This document shows positions 18,739-28,837 of a DNA stretch of 64,000 nt, piece by piece. Position numbers and translations under genes: made by a program. The notes beneath the pieces were generated by a model that was given only the letters and a program-made list of their open reading frames with translations, did no database searches and was not told the origin of the DNA. Position 1 is the stretch's first letter. Each line of letters starts with the position of its first letter. Source of the DNA: Bacillota bacterium (GTDB lineage Bacteria; Bacillota; UBA994); the NCBI GenBank assembly GCA_009773495.1, contig WSXW01000001.1:128088-192087 (forward strand), in the 5' to 3' direction.

Positions 18739-19649
18739 TTAGCAAATGCCCCCGGCGCGGGCTTCGACCGTTGAAATACATCGAAATACCCACCCATGCT
18801 CCATCTTGGGCCCTTATCATAGCATGAATGTGAATGTGCGGCTCGGTGGTCTGGCCGCTATTACCTACCCTGCCCAGAGTATCCCCCGTGGCCACTCGCT
18901 ACCCTTCGAGCACAAGGAGTGAGCCTTGCTTGAGGTGGGCTATCAGGATGCATATGCCTTCTTTGGTTTCAAGCGTAACATAGTTACCAGCAGGATTTAA
19001 GGTATCCCGTATCCCCACATCCATATCCGGGAGTCCGTCTACAGCGAAATCACAACCCCGTCAACGGGGGCCACGACAAGGGCATCCCAAGAAGAATATG
19101 AGCTCGGCACAGGACCATGTTCTCGCACTATCCAACCGTTTGTGGGCAAATGCGTAAGGTCAAGACCGTATCGCTGACCCGCCACTCGGTTGTGATGATT
19201 AACGATAGCGAACGGACCTCCATGAGCCACATACCATGTGCCACCCTCAACTGGGAGCTCAAGTGTAACACCTTGAGGCATTGGCCATAGGACTATCGCT
19301 ATAGCCAGAATAATGAGCCCCCCCCTATCAAACTAAAGACCAAATCCGCAGGTCGTGCAGGTATCAATTGCGTGAAAGAAGACACCCCTCGCAGTCCAGT
19401 ATATGCACTCAGGAGACCCGCAAAGCCAATCATAATTACGGTTCCTGCCCTCACCAGTAAACCCGTTCGATACCATGGATACAACATATTTGAGGCAAAC
19501 GAGACCCCAACTAGGTATAAGGTTTGCGCTGCAAGCGAAGGGCGGCTCGATGACGGATGCCGCAGTAAGCCCTGCACTGCCCCTGCGAGTAAGATTACGG
19601 CTACTCCTAATGGGACTCCTGACGTAATGAATGTTTCCATGTCGTCCAC
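18739..19649 (-). pseudogene. membrane-anchored M23 (LytM-type) peptidase, disrupted by at least 3 frameshifts
   Basis: N-terminal TM segment (19326-19649), then segments GQRYGLDL / YVTLETKEGICILIAHLKQG / GDTLGRVGNSGQTTEPHIHIH in three different frames; the first frameshift lies on a G8 (plus-strand C8) homopolymer at 19318-19325. Confidence 0.6.
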
Positions 19650-20045
19650 CTTCTCTTAATAAATTTGTAATTTGCCCCCTGATTACGAGTAAACCCCCAA
19701 GACACAGGACAGCCAGTGGGCCAAGCGATATTAGCAACGTACCGCAGTGAGTCGCTAGGGATGCAATGAGATGAAGCCGCACGCGCAGCTCACCCAGTTC
19801 AGAGACGAGTAACCCGAAGCCACTACTTCGCTGCATCTCCGCAGCATGAATCTTAATGTCAACAATGCCTCTAACACTCTCGGACACAAAACCGATGACT
19901 TCACCGACCTTACTGTTGTGTGAGGCACAGCATGCTCTGGCTTGCGTGGCACCGATAAAGGTTCCATAGGGCGGCAAGCGCCCTATCGCGTTACTCAGTA
20001 ATGCTGTCGGGTGCTAGCAGGCGGATAGCGCTTTTCTCTCCGCTA

Positions 20046-21191
20046 CTACAGTAGCCTATCAATCCACGGCGTTACATTAAGCATGCGCTTGAACTCGTCG
20101 TAATGTGCGGGGTTTGGTGCGCTGGCGGATTTTTCCGCGCGAATCATGATGTTCTTCGGCGTATCAAGGGGCGACACGTACTCAGCGACGCTTACCTTGT
20201 AGCCGTGTGCCTCAAGAGCCGCTGTGCGCAGACCATCGGTCAATAAGTCAGCCAGTTTTTTCTTAAACACATTATGGCGCGCCAGGTTAGCAAAAGGTCC
20301 GTAATCAATTTCATCAGTCAGCGAGGTTTGACAGCAAGGCACCGCAATAATGTACTTAGCGCCACATCGTAGCCCAAGTGCTAGGGCTTGGTCTGTCGCT
20401 GTATCGCAAGCATGCAGACTAAGGACCATGTTAACCTTTTTCCCAGCTTGAAAGCTCCGCACATCAGTAGCCACAAACTCCATATTTCGATAGTTCAGTT
20501 TGCGCTGCACTTCGCGAGAACTCTCAATAACCTGAGAGTTGTTGTCTATGCCTATAAAGTAACAGCGTTTACCTAGCTTCTCATACAAGTAATAATTAAG
20601 CGCGAACGACAAGTATGACTTCCCACAACCGCAATCTAAGACCACCAGTTCCTCTTTATCGGGCCATGCTACAAGCATATTAACCACGAGCTCAATAAAC
20701 CGATCTATCTGGTAGAACTTACGCCGTTTATCGCCCTTGATTTCGCCATCAGCTGCCATCACTCCAATAGCCTCAAGCATTGCACTGGCCTCGTGCGCCT
20801 TAATAAACGACTGCCGAGTCCCGGAGGCTATCACTTCGTGAACATGCTCCGTAGCTGGCGCAGCACTAACCTTCCTTGCTCCCATCTTTGTGGTGACCTT
20901 ACCGCCCCTAAACTCTATAGTTGTCTCAGTCGTGCGCTCGACAAGCAACACTTTAACTTCTGCTGCATCGCCTACAACTTTCTCTATTGTGGGCATGACG
21001 GCATCACGGCTTAAATTAATCCCCTTGCCCTTACCTTGCTTCCACAAAAAATCATCGCTCCCCCATACAGAGGTCAGCTCAGCAGTCAGCTCTGGACCCT
21101 TATTTACGACACGAAGCCTTAGTTCCATAAAACCTTTATCGCTGAGTCGATCGGGCAGCGTCGAGAGGATAAGCTTCAGTCTTGCATCCAT
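20046..21191 (-). CDS. class I SAM-dependent methyltransferase with N-terminal accessory domain
   Basis: VLDCGCGKSYLS SAM-binding motif. Confidence 0.65.
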   Translation of the reverse strand: MDARLKLILSTLPDRLSDKGFMELRLRVVNKGPELTAELTSVWGSDDFLWKQGKGKGINLSRDAVMPTIEKVVGDAAEVKVLLVERTTETTIEFRGGKVTTKMGARKVSAAPATEHVHEVIASGTRQSFIKAHEASAMLEAIGVMAADGEIKGDKRRKFYQIDRFIELVVNMLVAWPDKEELVVLDCGCGKSYLSFALNYYLYEKLGKRCYFIGIDNNSQVIESSREVQRKLNYRNMEFVATDVRSFQAGKKVNMVLSLHACDTATDQALALGLRCGAKYIIAVPCCQTSLTDEIDYGPFANLARHNVFKKKLADLLTDGLRTAALEAHGYKVSVAEYVSPLDTPKNIMIRAEKSASAPNPAHYDEFKRMLNVTPWIDRLL

Positions 21192-21285
21192 ATTACACCT
21201 CGCTAATCAATGAAACCTAATGCATGATAGTTCGTAGTATACTTAGGTGGGAACAAAAACAGACACGGAGAAAGGATGAGCAAAA

Positions 21286-21861
21286 ATGAATCAAAAAGGA
21301 AGTATCCTCGGTGTTTTGCTAGTTATCGTGGGCGTAGTCGCCTTACTAGGTATTGTCTTAGCTGGATCCTATAACTCATTTGTAAAACTTTCGCAAGAAA
21401 TTGACCAACAGTACGCCGTTATTGAAAGCAAGCTGCAGCGGCGTTATGACCTAATTCCCAATTTAGCCGAAACTGTTAAGGGACATATGGCTCATGAGCA
21501 AGAGGTCTTCGGCCAAATTGCTGAGGCCAGAGCTAAGATGGCTGGCGGGGCTACTACAGACGAAAGGCTCGACGGCATGAATCAGATGGAAAGCGCCTTA
21601 TCACGTTTGCTAGTTGTGATGGAGAACTACCCTCAGCTCAAGGCGCAAGAGTCTGTCAATAATTTGATGGTTGAGCTGGCAGGCACAGAGAACCGCATTA
21701 GCGTCGAACGCGACAACTACAACGGATTTGTCCAAAAGTACAACACTAAGGTAAAGTCCTTCCCCGCTGTTCTTATGGCCAGTATGTTTGGCTATGACGA
21801 ACGTCCGTATTTTAAAGCCGACCCTAGGGCGGGTGAAGCACCAGAAATTAAGTTTCCCTAG
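21286..21861 (+). CDS. LemA-family protein
   Basis: N-terminal TM plus LemA signature. Confidence 0.75.
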   Translation: MNQKGSILGVLLVIVGVVALLGIVLAGSYNSFVKLSQEIDQQYAVIESKLQRRYDLIPNLAETVKGHMAHEQEVFGQIAEARAKMAGGATTDERLDGMNQMESALSRLLVVMENYPQLKAQESVNNLMVELAGTENRISVERDNYNGFVQKYNTKVKSFPAVLMASMFGYDERPYFKADPRAGEAPEIKFP

Positions 21862-21870
21862 CAGGCGGGA

Positions 21871-22632
21871 GTGAAATACATGAAGAGAACTCTCGCGATT
21901 GGTTTGCTGATCTTTGTGCTATTGCCAGCAATAGCTTTCGCAACCATACCCACTAAACCATCACAGCTAATATTCGTAAATGACTTTGCCAACGTGCTTA
22001 GCACCAGTCAGGAAAGGGAGCTAACCCAGGTTCTCGCCGCAATTGAACAGGTAACAGGCGCAGAAGTTGTCATCGTCACGGTATCATCACTAGGTAACGA
22101 TGAGGCTTTTAACTTCGCCCAAAGCCTGTATACTACTTGGGGGATTGGCAAGGCCGGCAAGAATAACGGGTTGCTAATCTTCGCGGCTATTGATGACCGT
22201 GAGTTTAGGTTTCACACCGGATACGGTCTAGAAGGGGCCCTCCCCGATAGTTATCTTGGCTCGCTCTACCGTGAGTACATTATTCCTGCCTTTGGGCAAG
22301 AACGCTACTACGATGGATTAATGCGTGTCCTAATTTCTGACAACGGCCTACTTCCAGCGCTTGAGAAGGAGTATAACGTGAAAATCAATACCAATTCTAC
22401 CCTTCCCTCGCGCAGCGCTGAGGAATGGACTCAAGATAACCTTAGCAAAATCATCACTATTATCGTTATCCTCATGCTCTTCACCCGCGGCGGGCGAGGC
22501 CTCTTCTGGTTCTTGTTAGGCACTAGCATGGGTCGCGGGGGCTCTAATCGAGGTGGTGGCTTTGGTGGCAGCCTCGGTGGCGGTTTCGGTGGAGGCCGTT
22601 CCGGCGGCGGTGGCGCCGGGGGACGATGGTAG
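21871..22632 (+). CDS. TPM-domain protein with Gly-rich C-terminal tail
   Basis: TPM-like domain; GGGFGGGRSGGGG tail; usual partner of LemA. Confidence 0.7.
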   Translation: MKYMKRTLAIGLLIFVLLPAIAFATIPTKPSQLIFVNDFANVLSTSQERELTQVLAAIEQVTGAEVVIVTVSSLGNDEAFNFAQSLYTTWGIGKAGKNNGLLIFAAIDDREFRFHTGYGLEGALPDSYLGSLYREYIIPAFGQERYYDGLMRVLISDNGLLPALEKEYNVKINTNSTLPSRSAEEWTQDNLSKIITIIVILMLFTRGGRGLFWFLLGTSMGRGGSNRGGGFGGSLGGGFGGGRSGGGGAGGRW

Positions 22633-22727
22633 CGGTTGGAATACGGCAGATCTTACGGATATCGGAGCGGATTAAGCGGCATCATCAGTGAAAATCCGTG
22701 ATACCGTTACCCTCCCCGTCTTTCCTT

Positions 22728-23705
22728 TTACAGCAGCCCCATTACTTTTTTGACCCGGGTTAGTGTCTGCGAGGCAATAACGCGCGCGCGTTCTGCGCCA
22801 ACAGTGAGCGCTTCCTCGAGCTCCGTGGTCTCTAGTATGTCCTTAACGCGGTCTTGGATGGGTGAGAGTGTAGCCACCACAACTTCTGCCGTGTCCTTCT
22901 TAAGATCACCATAACCTTTACCTGCAAAGAGAGCTTCTAGCTCAGCTATGGTGCGGTTGCTGCACAAAGCGTTTATAGTTAGTAGGTTTGCGACTCCGGG
23001 TTTATGCTCGGGGTCGTCTTTTATTTCGCACCCTGTATCGGTAACGGCACGTATGATTTTCTTTTTCACTACACTTGGCTCGTCCATAAGACTGATATAA
23101 CTCGCTGGATTAGGGTTAGATTTGCTCATCTTTTTGTTAGGGTCTTCGAGCGACATAATCTTGGCCCCGAGTTTTGGAATTTGGTGCTCTGGTATCACGA
23201 ACACGTTCCCAAAACGTTGATTAAAGCGCATGGCTATATCTCGGCATAGTTCGATGTGCTGTTTCTGGTCTTCGCCTACCGGAACAATGTTGGTGTCATA
23301 CAAGAGTATATCGGCTGCCTGCAAAACGGGATAAGTGAAAAGCCCTACCGGCACAGACTCCTTGCCTTCTGCCTTCTCTTTAAATTGCGTCATTCGGCTG
23401 ACCTCGCCCATATAGCTCATGCACTGTAAGAGCCAAGCCAGCTCGGCATGTTCAGGAACATGTGATTGTACAAACAGGATAGACTTTAGGGGGTCAATGC
23501 CCACCGCAAGATATGTCGCTGCAAGTGTGCGAATTTGCAGGCGCAGGGCGTCTGGGTCCTTGGGAAGAGTAAGAGCGTGCAGGTCTACGATGCAATAAAC
23601 CGTCTCCTCTGTCTCCTGTTTAATGGCGAAGTGGCGCAGAGCTCCTAGATAATTGCCTATTGTTAGAACACCCGATGGTTGTATGCCCGAGAAAACACGT
23701 GCCAT
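22728..23705 (-). CDS. trpS: tryptophan--tRNA ligase
   Basis: KMSKS present; start moved to ATG 23705 (GGAGG RBS) because the T-box terminator lies inside the track's longer ORF. Confidence 0.9.
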   Translation of the reverse strand: MARVFSGIQPSGVLTIGNYLGALRHFAIKQETEETVYCIVDLHALTLPKDPDALRLQIRTLAATYLAVGIDPLKSILFVQSHVPEHAELAWLLQCMSYMGEVSRMTQFKEKAEGKESVPVGLFTYPVLQAADILLYDTNIVPVGEDQKQHIELCRDIAMRFNQRFGNVFVIPEHQIPKLGAKIMSLEDPNKKMSKSNPNPASYISLMDEPSVVKKKIIRAVTDTGCEIKDDPEHKPGVANLLTINALCSNRTIAELEALFAGKGYGDLKKDTAEVVVATLSPIQDRVKDILETTELEEALTVGAERARVIASQTLTRVKKVMGLL

Positions 23706-23749
23706 ACAAAGACCTCCTTGTATAAATTGGGCCATAGAAGTCCCCTATA

Positions 23750-23962
23750 AGTAACAAAAAAACCACCCCGTAAAATAACGGGGCGGTTGTATCCGCGGTG
23801 CCACCCGAATTCGCCGCAAAAACGGCGCACTCTACCTTCTATAACGGGAAGACCCGGCTGTTGCACTCAGGAGCCCATTCCCAACGGAGCGGAAGCACCG
23901 GCCTTTCACCACCTGCCAGCTCGCTAAGCTTCATTACGTGGTACTATTCTCCTTCTACGTTT
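23750..23962 (-). promoter_or_regulatory. T-box riboswitch leader (Trp specifier) with promoter TTGCTT-17-TATACT
   Basis: T-box sequence GGGTGGCACCGCGG (plus-strand 23793-23806, reverse complement); terminator CCGCCCCG-uuauuuua-CGGGGUGG followed by U7; UGG in the specifier region. Confidence 0.8.
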
Positions 23963-24167
23963 GTAATAAAGTATATAGCTGCAGGCAACTAAAAGCAAGT
24001 CTATATAGAAGATGCCACCGGTCATTTCACGCCTCTTCTGCGCGCTTACGATGTAGATTCTGTCGATGGAACGTCCTTCAAACATTTTCTCTTACCTGCC
24101 TGCACCGCCTTAGCCAATAAACCCTCGCGCTACAGAGCTACCAGTAGAAGCGACCATAGTCGCATCC

Positions 24168-25535
24168 CTAGAACTGCACCTTGTCCTTAAGATACGCCGC
24201 CAATTCGGTAATTGGCATACGTTCTTGCGTCATGCTGTCCCTTTCCCTTACAGTTACGGCTTTGTCCTCTAGGCTGTCGAAGTCAAAGGTAATGCAGAAC
24301 GGGGTACCGATTTCGTCTTGGCGACGGTAGCGCTTACCGATACTGCCAGCCTCATCGTATTCCACCGGAAAGTGTCTGCGTAACTCATCGTACAGTTTGT
24401 GGGCTTCATCCCCAAGCTTCTTACTTAGCGGTAAAACTGCAGCTTTGATAGGGGCAATAGATGGGTGGAAGTGCATGACGATACGTGAATCTCCGCCTTC
24501 GAGAGACTCTTCTTGGTAGGCGTTAATTAACAAAGCTAAGGCTAAGCGTTCTACGCCTAGGGAGGGCTCAATAACGTAGGGCACGTAGCGCTCGTTTGTC
24601 TCTGGGTCCAAGATACTAAGATCTTCGCCTGAATGTTTAATATGAGCCTTAAGGTCGAAGTCAGTGCGGTCCGCTATGCCCCAAAGCTCGCCCCAGCCAA
24701 AGGGAAAGAGAAACTCTATATCAGTCGTGGCGTTGCTATAGTGGGACAGCTCTTCTAGTGCGTGGTCTCTAAGGCGTATCTTATCTGCCTGTAGGCCGAT
24801 AGACAATAACCACTCATGACAGAACTTACGCCAATACTCGAACCATTCTAAATCCGTGCCTGGCATGCAAAAAAACTCCAGCTCCATCTGCTCAAACTCA
24901 CGTGTGCGGAAGATAAAATTGCCCGGTGTGATCTCATTTCTAAAGGATTTTCCTATCTGCCCTATGCCAAAAGGAATCTTTTTACGCGTAGTACGGACCA
25001 CATTGCGAAAGTTAATAAAAATACCCTGGGCAGTCTCGGGGCGCAAGTAAATATCTGCCTTTGAATCTTCGGTTACCCCCTGGAACGTCTTAAACATCAG
25101 GTTAAAGTGGCGTATGTCCGTAAAGTTATGGGCTCCACACTTAGGACACTTTAATTTGTTCTCTGTTATGTATCCCTTCAGTTGTTCCTGGGTCCAGCCA
25201 TCCACAGAGATCTTGCCAACCTCTTCGATGAGGTGATCGGCCCTGAAACGCGCCTTGCATTCCTTGCAGTCTAGCAGCGGGTCGCTAAAGCCGCCTACAT
25301 GACCACTGGCCACCCATGTCTGGGGATTCATAAGTATTGATGAGTCAAGACCTACATTATACTCCGACTCCTGCACAAACTTTTGCCACCACGCTCGTTT
25401 AATATTGTTCTTTAACTCCACGCCCAGAGGACCATAGTCCCAGGTGTTAGCCAGCCCGCCATATATCTCTGATCCCGCGAAGATAAAGCCGCGTCCCTTA
25501 GCTAACGCTACAATCTTGTCCATTATTACTGTCAT
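24168..25535 (-). CDS. glyQS: glycine--tRNA ligase, alpha2 homodimeric type
   Basis: 455 aa class II aaRS; AAAGGAG RBS. Confidence 0.9.
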   Translation of the reverse strand: MTVIMDKIVALAKGRGFIFAGSEIYGGLANTWDYGPLGVELKNNIKRAWWQKFVQESEYNVGLDSSILMNPQTWVASGHVGGFSDPLLDCKECKARFRADHLIEEVGKISVDGWTQEQLKGYITENKLKCPKCGAHNFTDIRHFNLMFKTFQGVTEDSKADIYLRPETAQGIFINFRNVVRTTRKKIPFGIGQIGKSFRNEITPGNFIFRTREFEQMELEFFCMPGTDLEWFEYWRKFCHEWLLSIGLQADKIRLRDHALEELSHYSNATTDIEFLFPFGWGELWGIADRTDFDLKAHIKHSGEDLSILDPETNERYVPYVIEPSLGVERLALALLINAYQEESLEGGDSRIVMHFHPSIAPIKAAVLPLSKKLGDEAHKLYDELRRHFPVEYDEAGSIGKRYRRQDEIGTPFCITFDFDSLEDKAVTVRERDSMTQERMPITELAAYLKDKVQF

Positions 25536-25559
25536 TTGCAGTCACTCCTTTGTTTTTTG

Positions 25560-25840
25560 TAGAACGGCACATGGCGCATAGCGCATGGCACATGGCTGAT
25601 CCTAACTCTCCTAGTAGAACATGGTACACGGTACACGGGACATGGTGGGAGTTCCCAGTAGATTGTACTTCGTACTTCGGGGAGGGGCGGCTGGTGGCCG
25701 GGGACTAGCGGCTAGTGAGTAGTGTTTTGTGATTCGTCCCCAAAAGCGGAGAGCGGCCAGCGGCAAGCGCCTGAGTTTCTTCTAAAGCCTAACCCCGTTC
25801 CCCTTATGACTTATGACTTATGACTTATGACTCGTTCCCT
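25560..25840. repeat. about 280-bp tract of heptamer-periodic tandem repeats
   Basis: (GCRCATG)x4, (GTACAYG)x4, GTACTTC x2 continuing as 7-nt-periodic units, (CTTATGA)x4 at 25803-25830. Confidence 0.75.
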
Positions 25841-25847
25841 GGCAACA

Positions 25848-26043
25848 CAAAAACCTCCCATCCCCTAAGGGACGGAAGGTTTCTTCCGCGGTTCCACCCT
25901 TGTTGACTGCACATGGCAGCCCACCTCAAAAACTCCCACTCCCTAGTGCCAACCATAATCATCAAGTACCGAACTCACACTCTCTTCGGCTCGCTTAACT
26001 CAATGCACTTATGACCTTCTAGTTCACAGCGGATATTGATCTT
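25848..26043 (-). promoter_or_regulatory. T-box riboswitch leader (Gly, GGC specifier) with promoter TTGCAG-17-TATAAT
   Basis: AACAAGGGTGGAACCGCGGAAG T-box motif; terminator CCTTCCGTCCC-uuag-GGGAUGGGAGG followed by a U run; lies about 320 nt upstream of the glyQS ATG. Confidence 0.75.
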
Positions 26044-26084
26044 TGAACGATTATAGCAGAGCTAACGACACACTGCAAGGAGAG

Positions 26085-26471
26085 CTACTTTGTTACTGGT
26101 CCTCGCCATGCCAACATTCCCCCAGACATATTGCGTACATGTTTAAAGCCTTGTGCCACCAGAATTCTAGCGGCTTGGCCGCTGCGATTACCACTGCGGC
26201 AGACTAAGAGGTACGAATTTTCAGGATTTAAGCTTGCCAGTTTACTTTGGATGACTCCAAGAGGTATTAGCATCGCTCCTGGGATGTGCCCTTCAGCGAA
26301 TTCAAACGGCTCGCGCACATCGATAACTACAATATGCCCGCCAGCTAATAGCTTTTCCGCCTGAGTGGCAGTCACGTTCTCATACTTCGTTTGTTGACCT
26401 TTACCGAAGAAAAACATTAAAACTCCTCCTAACACGATGAAGATGAGCCCCACAATAAGGACTCTTTTCAT
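26085..26471 (-). CDS. membrane-anchored single-domain rhodanese (sulfurtransferase)
   Basis: N-terminal TM anchor; CRSGNRS active-site loop. Confidence 0.8.
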   Translation of the reverse strand: MKRVLIVGLIFIVLGGVLMFFFGKGQQTKYENVTATQAEKLLAGGHIVVIDVREPFEFAEGHIPGAMLIPLGVIQSKLASLNPENSYLLVCRSGNRSGQAARILVAQGFKHVRNMSGGMLAWRGPVTK

Positions 26472-26486
26472 TGAGTCGCCTCCAAA

Positions 26487-27632
26487 CTATTCGAACTTGA
26501 CCCGTGCCACGCCCAAAGTTAAAAATACAACCGTAAGCCCAAGTAAAATACCCCCAGGCAAGAACAACGTCGTAATATCATCCCCCCGCAGCATGATATT
26601 AGTGAAGCCTTGCATAGCCCAGTACTGCGGCATAGCCCTAGCGATACTCTGCATAAAGGCGGGCATTATTTCTACCGGCCAAAAGATGCCACTTAACATG
26701 CCACTTGCTGTCATGACTAGCGAAGCCACGGATGCTTGCTGTTGGAAGGTGCGCACAATACCAGCAATGGCTAGTCCTAATGCCATGGCACAGGTCAAGA
26801 ACAACAATACAAAGGGCAGCAACAACCATAAGTTACCCCAATTTATCTTGAATAAGAAGTGCTGCACTACTGCCAAGACGATAAACTGCAGAAAAGCAAC
26901 AGCTAAAAAACCCAACAAGTAGCCTAGCAGAACCTGAACCCTAGTGACAGGTGCCGCTAGAACCCGTCTCCAGGTACCGCTTTGACGTTCCTCAAGTATC
27001 ACTCCCGTACTAATAACTGCACTCATCATTAAAAACATAATGGTCATGCCAAGACCTACATTGGCGATGCCGCTGATAGTTTTGACCTCAGCCTTAGTAA
27101 TTGTCTGTATTTGCACCCCTATGCTATCTTCCCTAAAAGCCACTAGTGCCTGGCTATAGGTTTCCGATTCTCCGTCAGCTATTACATCTGCAATAACAGC
27201 AGATGCGACGACGCGGCGCACGCTCTTCATGATCTCCTGTTGCAGCGCGATGAACATATTGCTCTGGCCTTCTCTCCATACCACGATCTCAACAGGGCTT
27301 TGTGTATTTACCCCATCAGATAAATTGGCTGGCAGCAAGAACGCTGCGTATACTACACGCTTACTTACTAACTCACGAGCTTGGTCAGTCGTTACCCACC
27401 TGACGCGCAAATTAGGGTTGGCGTCAATATCTGCCACAATATCGTTGGTAAAGATAGATTCATCGCCAGCTACAATGGCCACGGGGTAAGTAGCAGGACC
27501 GCTCTGAGAGGAAAACAATGACCCGAAAAAGAGACTAAAGACTATCGGCATAACCGTAAATACTATCAGCATCCCGGGCTGAGCCACAGAAGAGCGCAAG
27601 TAGCGGGCTGCAGTCGATAATATTTTCTGCAT
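26487..27632 (-). CDS. ABC-2 family transporter permease
   Basis: 381 aa; TM1 followed by a large extracytoplasmic loop, then 5 TM. Confidence 0.7.
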   Translation of the reverse strand: MQKILSTAARYLRSSVAQPGMLIVFTVMPIVFSLFFGSLFSSQSGPATYPVAIVAGDESIFTNDIVADIDANPNLRVRWVTTDQARELVSKRVVYAAFLLPANLSDGVNTQSPVEIVVWREGQSNMFIALQQEIMKSVRRVVASAVIADVIADGESETYSQALVAFREDSIGVQIQTITKAEVKTISGIANVGLGMTIMFLMMSAVISTGVILEERQSGTWRRVLAAPVTRVQVLLGYLLGFLAVAFLQFIVLAVVQHFLFKINWGNLWLLLPFVLLFLTCAMALGLAIAGIVRTFQQQASVASLVMTASGMLSGIFWPVEIMPAFMQSIARAMPQYWAMQGFTNIMLRGDDITTLFLPGGILLGLTVVFLTLGVARVKFE

Positions 27633-27634
27633 CG

Positions 27635-28837
27635 CTAGGCACTCCTCTGCTTAAAAACTAAATGCCCGGCGCCTATACATAAAGCCACAGTGCCTATGGC
27701 TAACAACGGCAGCACATGGGTTAATTGCAGTGTTTCCCCACCCATTAGCGCCGTAAACATACGTATGCCCCAAAAATTAGGCGAGAGACGAGCCATCTGC
27801 TGCAGAACCTTGGGGAAAATTATCAGTGGCACCATGCTTCCACCGAGCGCGGCACACGCTTGCACCCCGATCTCCCATACTCCTAAACCCGCCTTGCTTA
27901 AAGGCAATAGCGCCGCTACCAATAGCGATAATCCACTAACGGCAACAGCATAGCACACACCGGCCGCTACCACCATGAGCATGTTGTCTCCCCACGAGAC
28001 CTTGTATAGCAAGGTGGTGCCTAGCATTAGCACCATGAACTGTAACGAGTTCACCAAGAGCACGGTCAAAAACTTGCCCAGTATCATATAGACTGGCGAT
28101 GTTGGCGACGCCATGAGCCTCTCCCAAGTAAGATTCCGCTTCTCAACAGCAATGGACTCCAAGCCTACGCCGCCAGCACTCATCATGAACATGACCGCCA
28201 TGGCCGCAGCGTAGTACTGAAAGGCAGAAATGAGTGACCGATGCGGCTCTGCCACTTCCTCACGGAATTGCAAAATAAGGGCGTGAAGCTGCTCTACTAT
28301 GTGCCCTGCTGTTTGCATCGGGTCAATGTTGCTCGAACCAAGCATGGCCTGCCTAACTGCCAACGATGCAGCAATGCGGCCCGCCGAAACGTACTCGACG
28401 AAGGAATTAGCTATGCCTTGTACCACCATGGGTCGCAGGCTACTCCCCGCTTCCTTGAGCACCATCAAAGACGCGTCGTTACCAGCGTAGACCGAAGACG
28501 TAAAACCTTGTGGAACTACTAGTGCTACTTGCAACTTTCCCGCTGCGATTCTGTCTATTGCTTCGGCTTCTGTCATTTCAATGACACGAATAAGAGACTT
28601 AAGCAGAGGAGTGTCTAGCACAGCGCGCAAGGCCACAGCTAACTCTCCGTCGTCTTCATCAATAAGTGCCATTTCAAATTGCCCTAGAGACGGAGCATCA
28701 GTGAAGTTGCTATTCATGGCAGCTCCTAAGATGGCCGTTAATACCATGGGCATCACGAGAAAAATGAGCATTCCTTGCCAGTCGCGCAGTGTAATCAGCA
28801 AATCTTTAATTGCAATATGTAGAGCTTTCATATGCAC
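27635..28837 (-). CDS. ABC-2 family transporter permease (paralogous partner)
   Basis: 400 aa; same architecture. Confidence 0.7.
   Translation of the reverse strand: MHMKALHIAIKDLLITLRDWQGMLIFLVMPMVLTAILGAAMNSNFTDAPSLGQFEMALIDEDDGELAVALRAVLDTPLLKSLIRVIEMTEAEAIDRIAAGKLQVALVVPQGFTSSVYAGNDASLMVLKEAGSSLRPMVVQGIANSFVEYVSAGRIAASLAVRQAMLGSSNIDPMQTAGHIVEQLHALILQFREEVAEPHRSLISAFQYYAAAMAVMFMMSAGGVGLESIAVEKRNLTWERLMASPTSPVYMILGKFLTVLLVNSLQFMVLMLGTTLLYKVSWGDNMLMVVAAGVCYAVAVSGLSLLVAALLPLSKAGLGVWEIGVQACAALGGSMVPLIIFPKVLQQMARLSPNFWGIRMFTALMGGETLQLTHVLPLLAIGTVALCIGAGHLVFKQRSA

Noticed and set aside
25536-25850. Second (tandem) T-box or small ORF in the glyQS spacer
   Set aside because: I found no second GGGTGGNACCGCG motif and no ORF over 20 codons with an RBS. 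The spacer is explained by the heptamer repeats.
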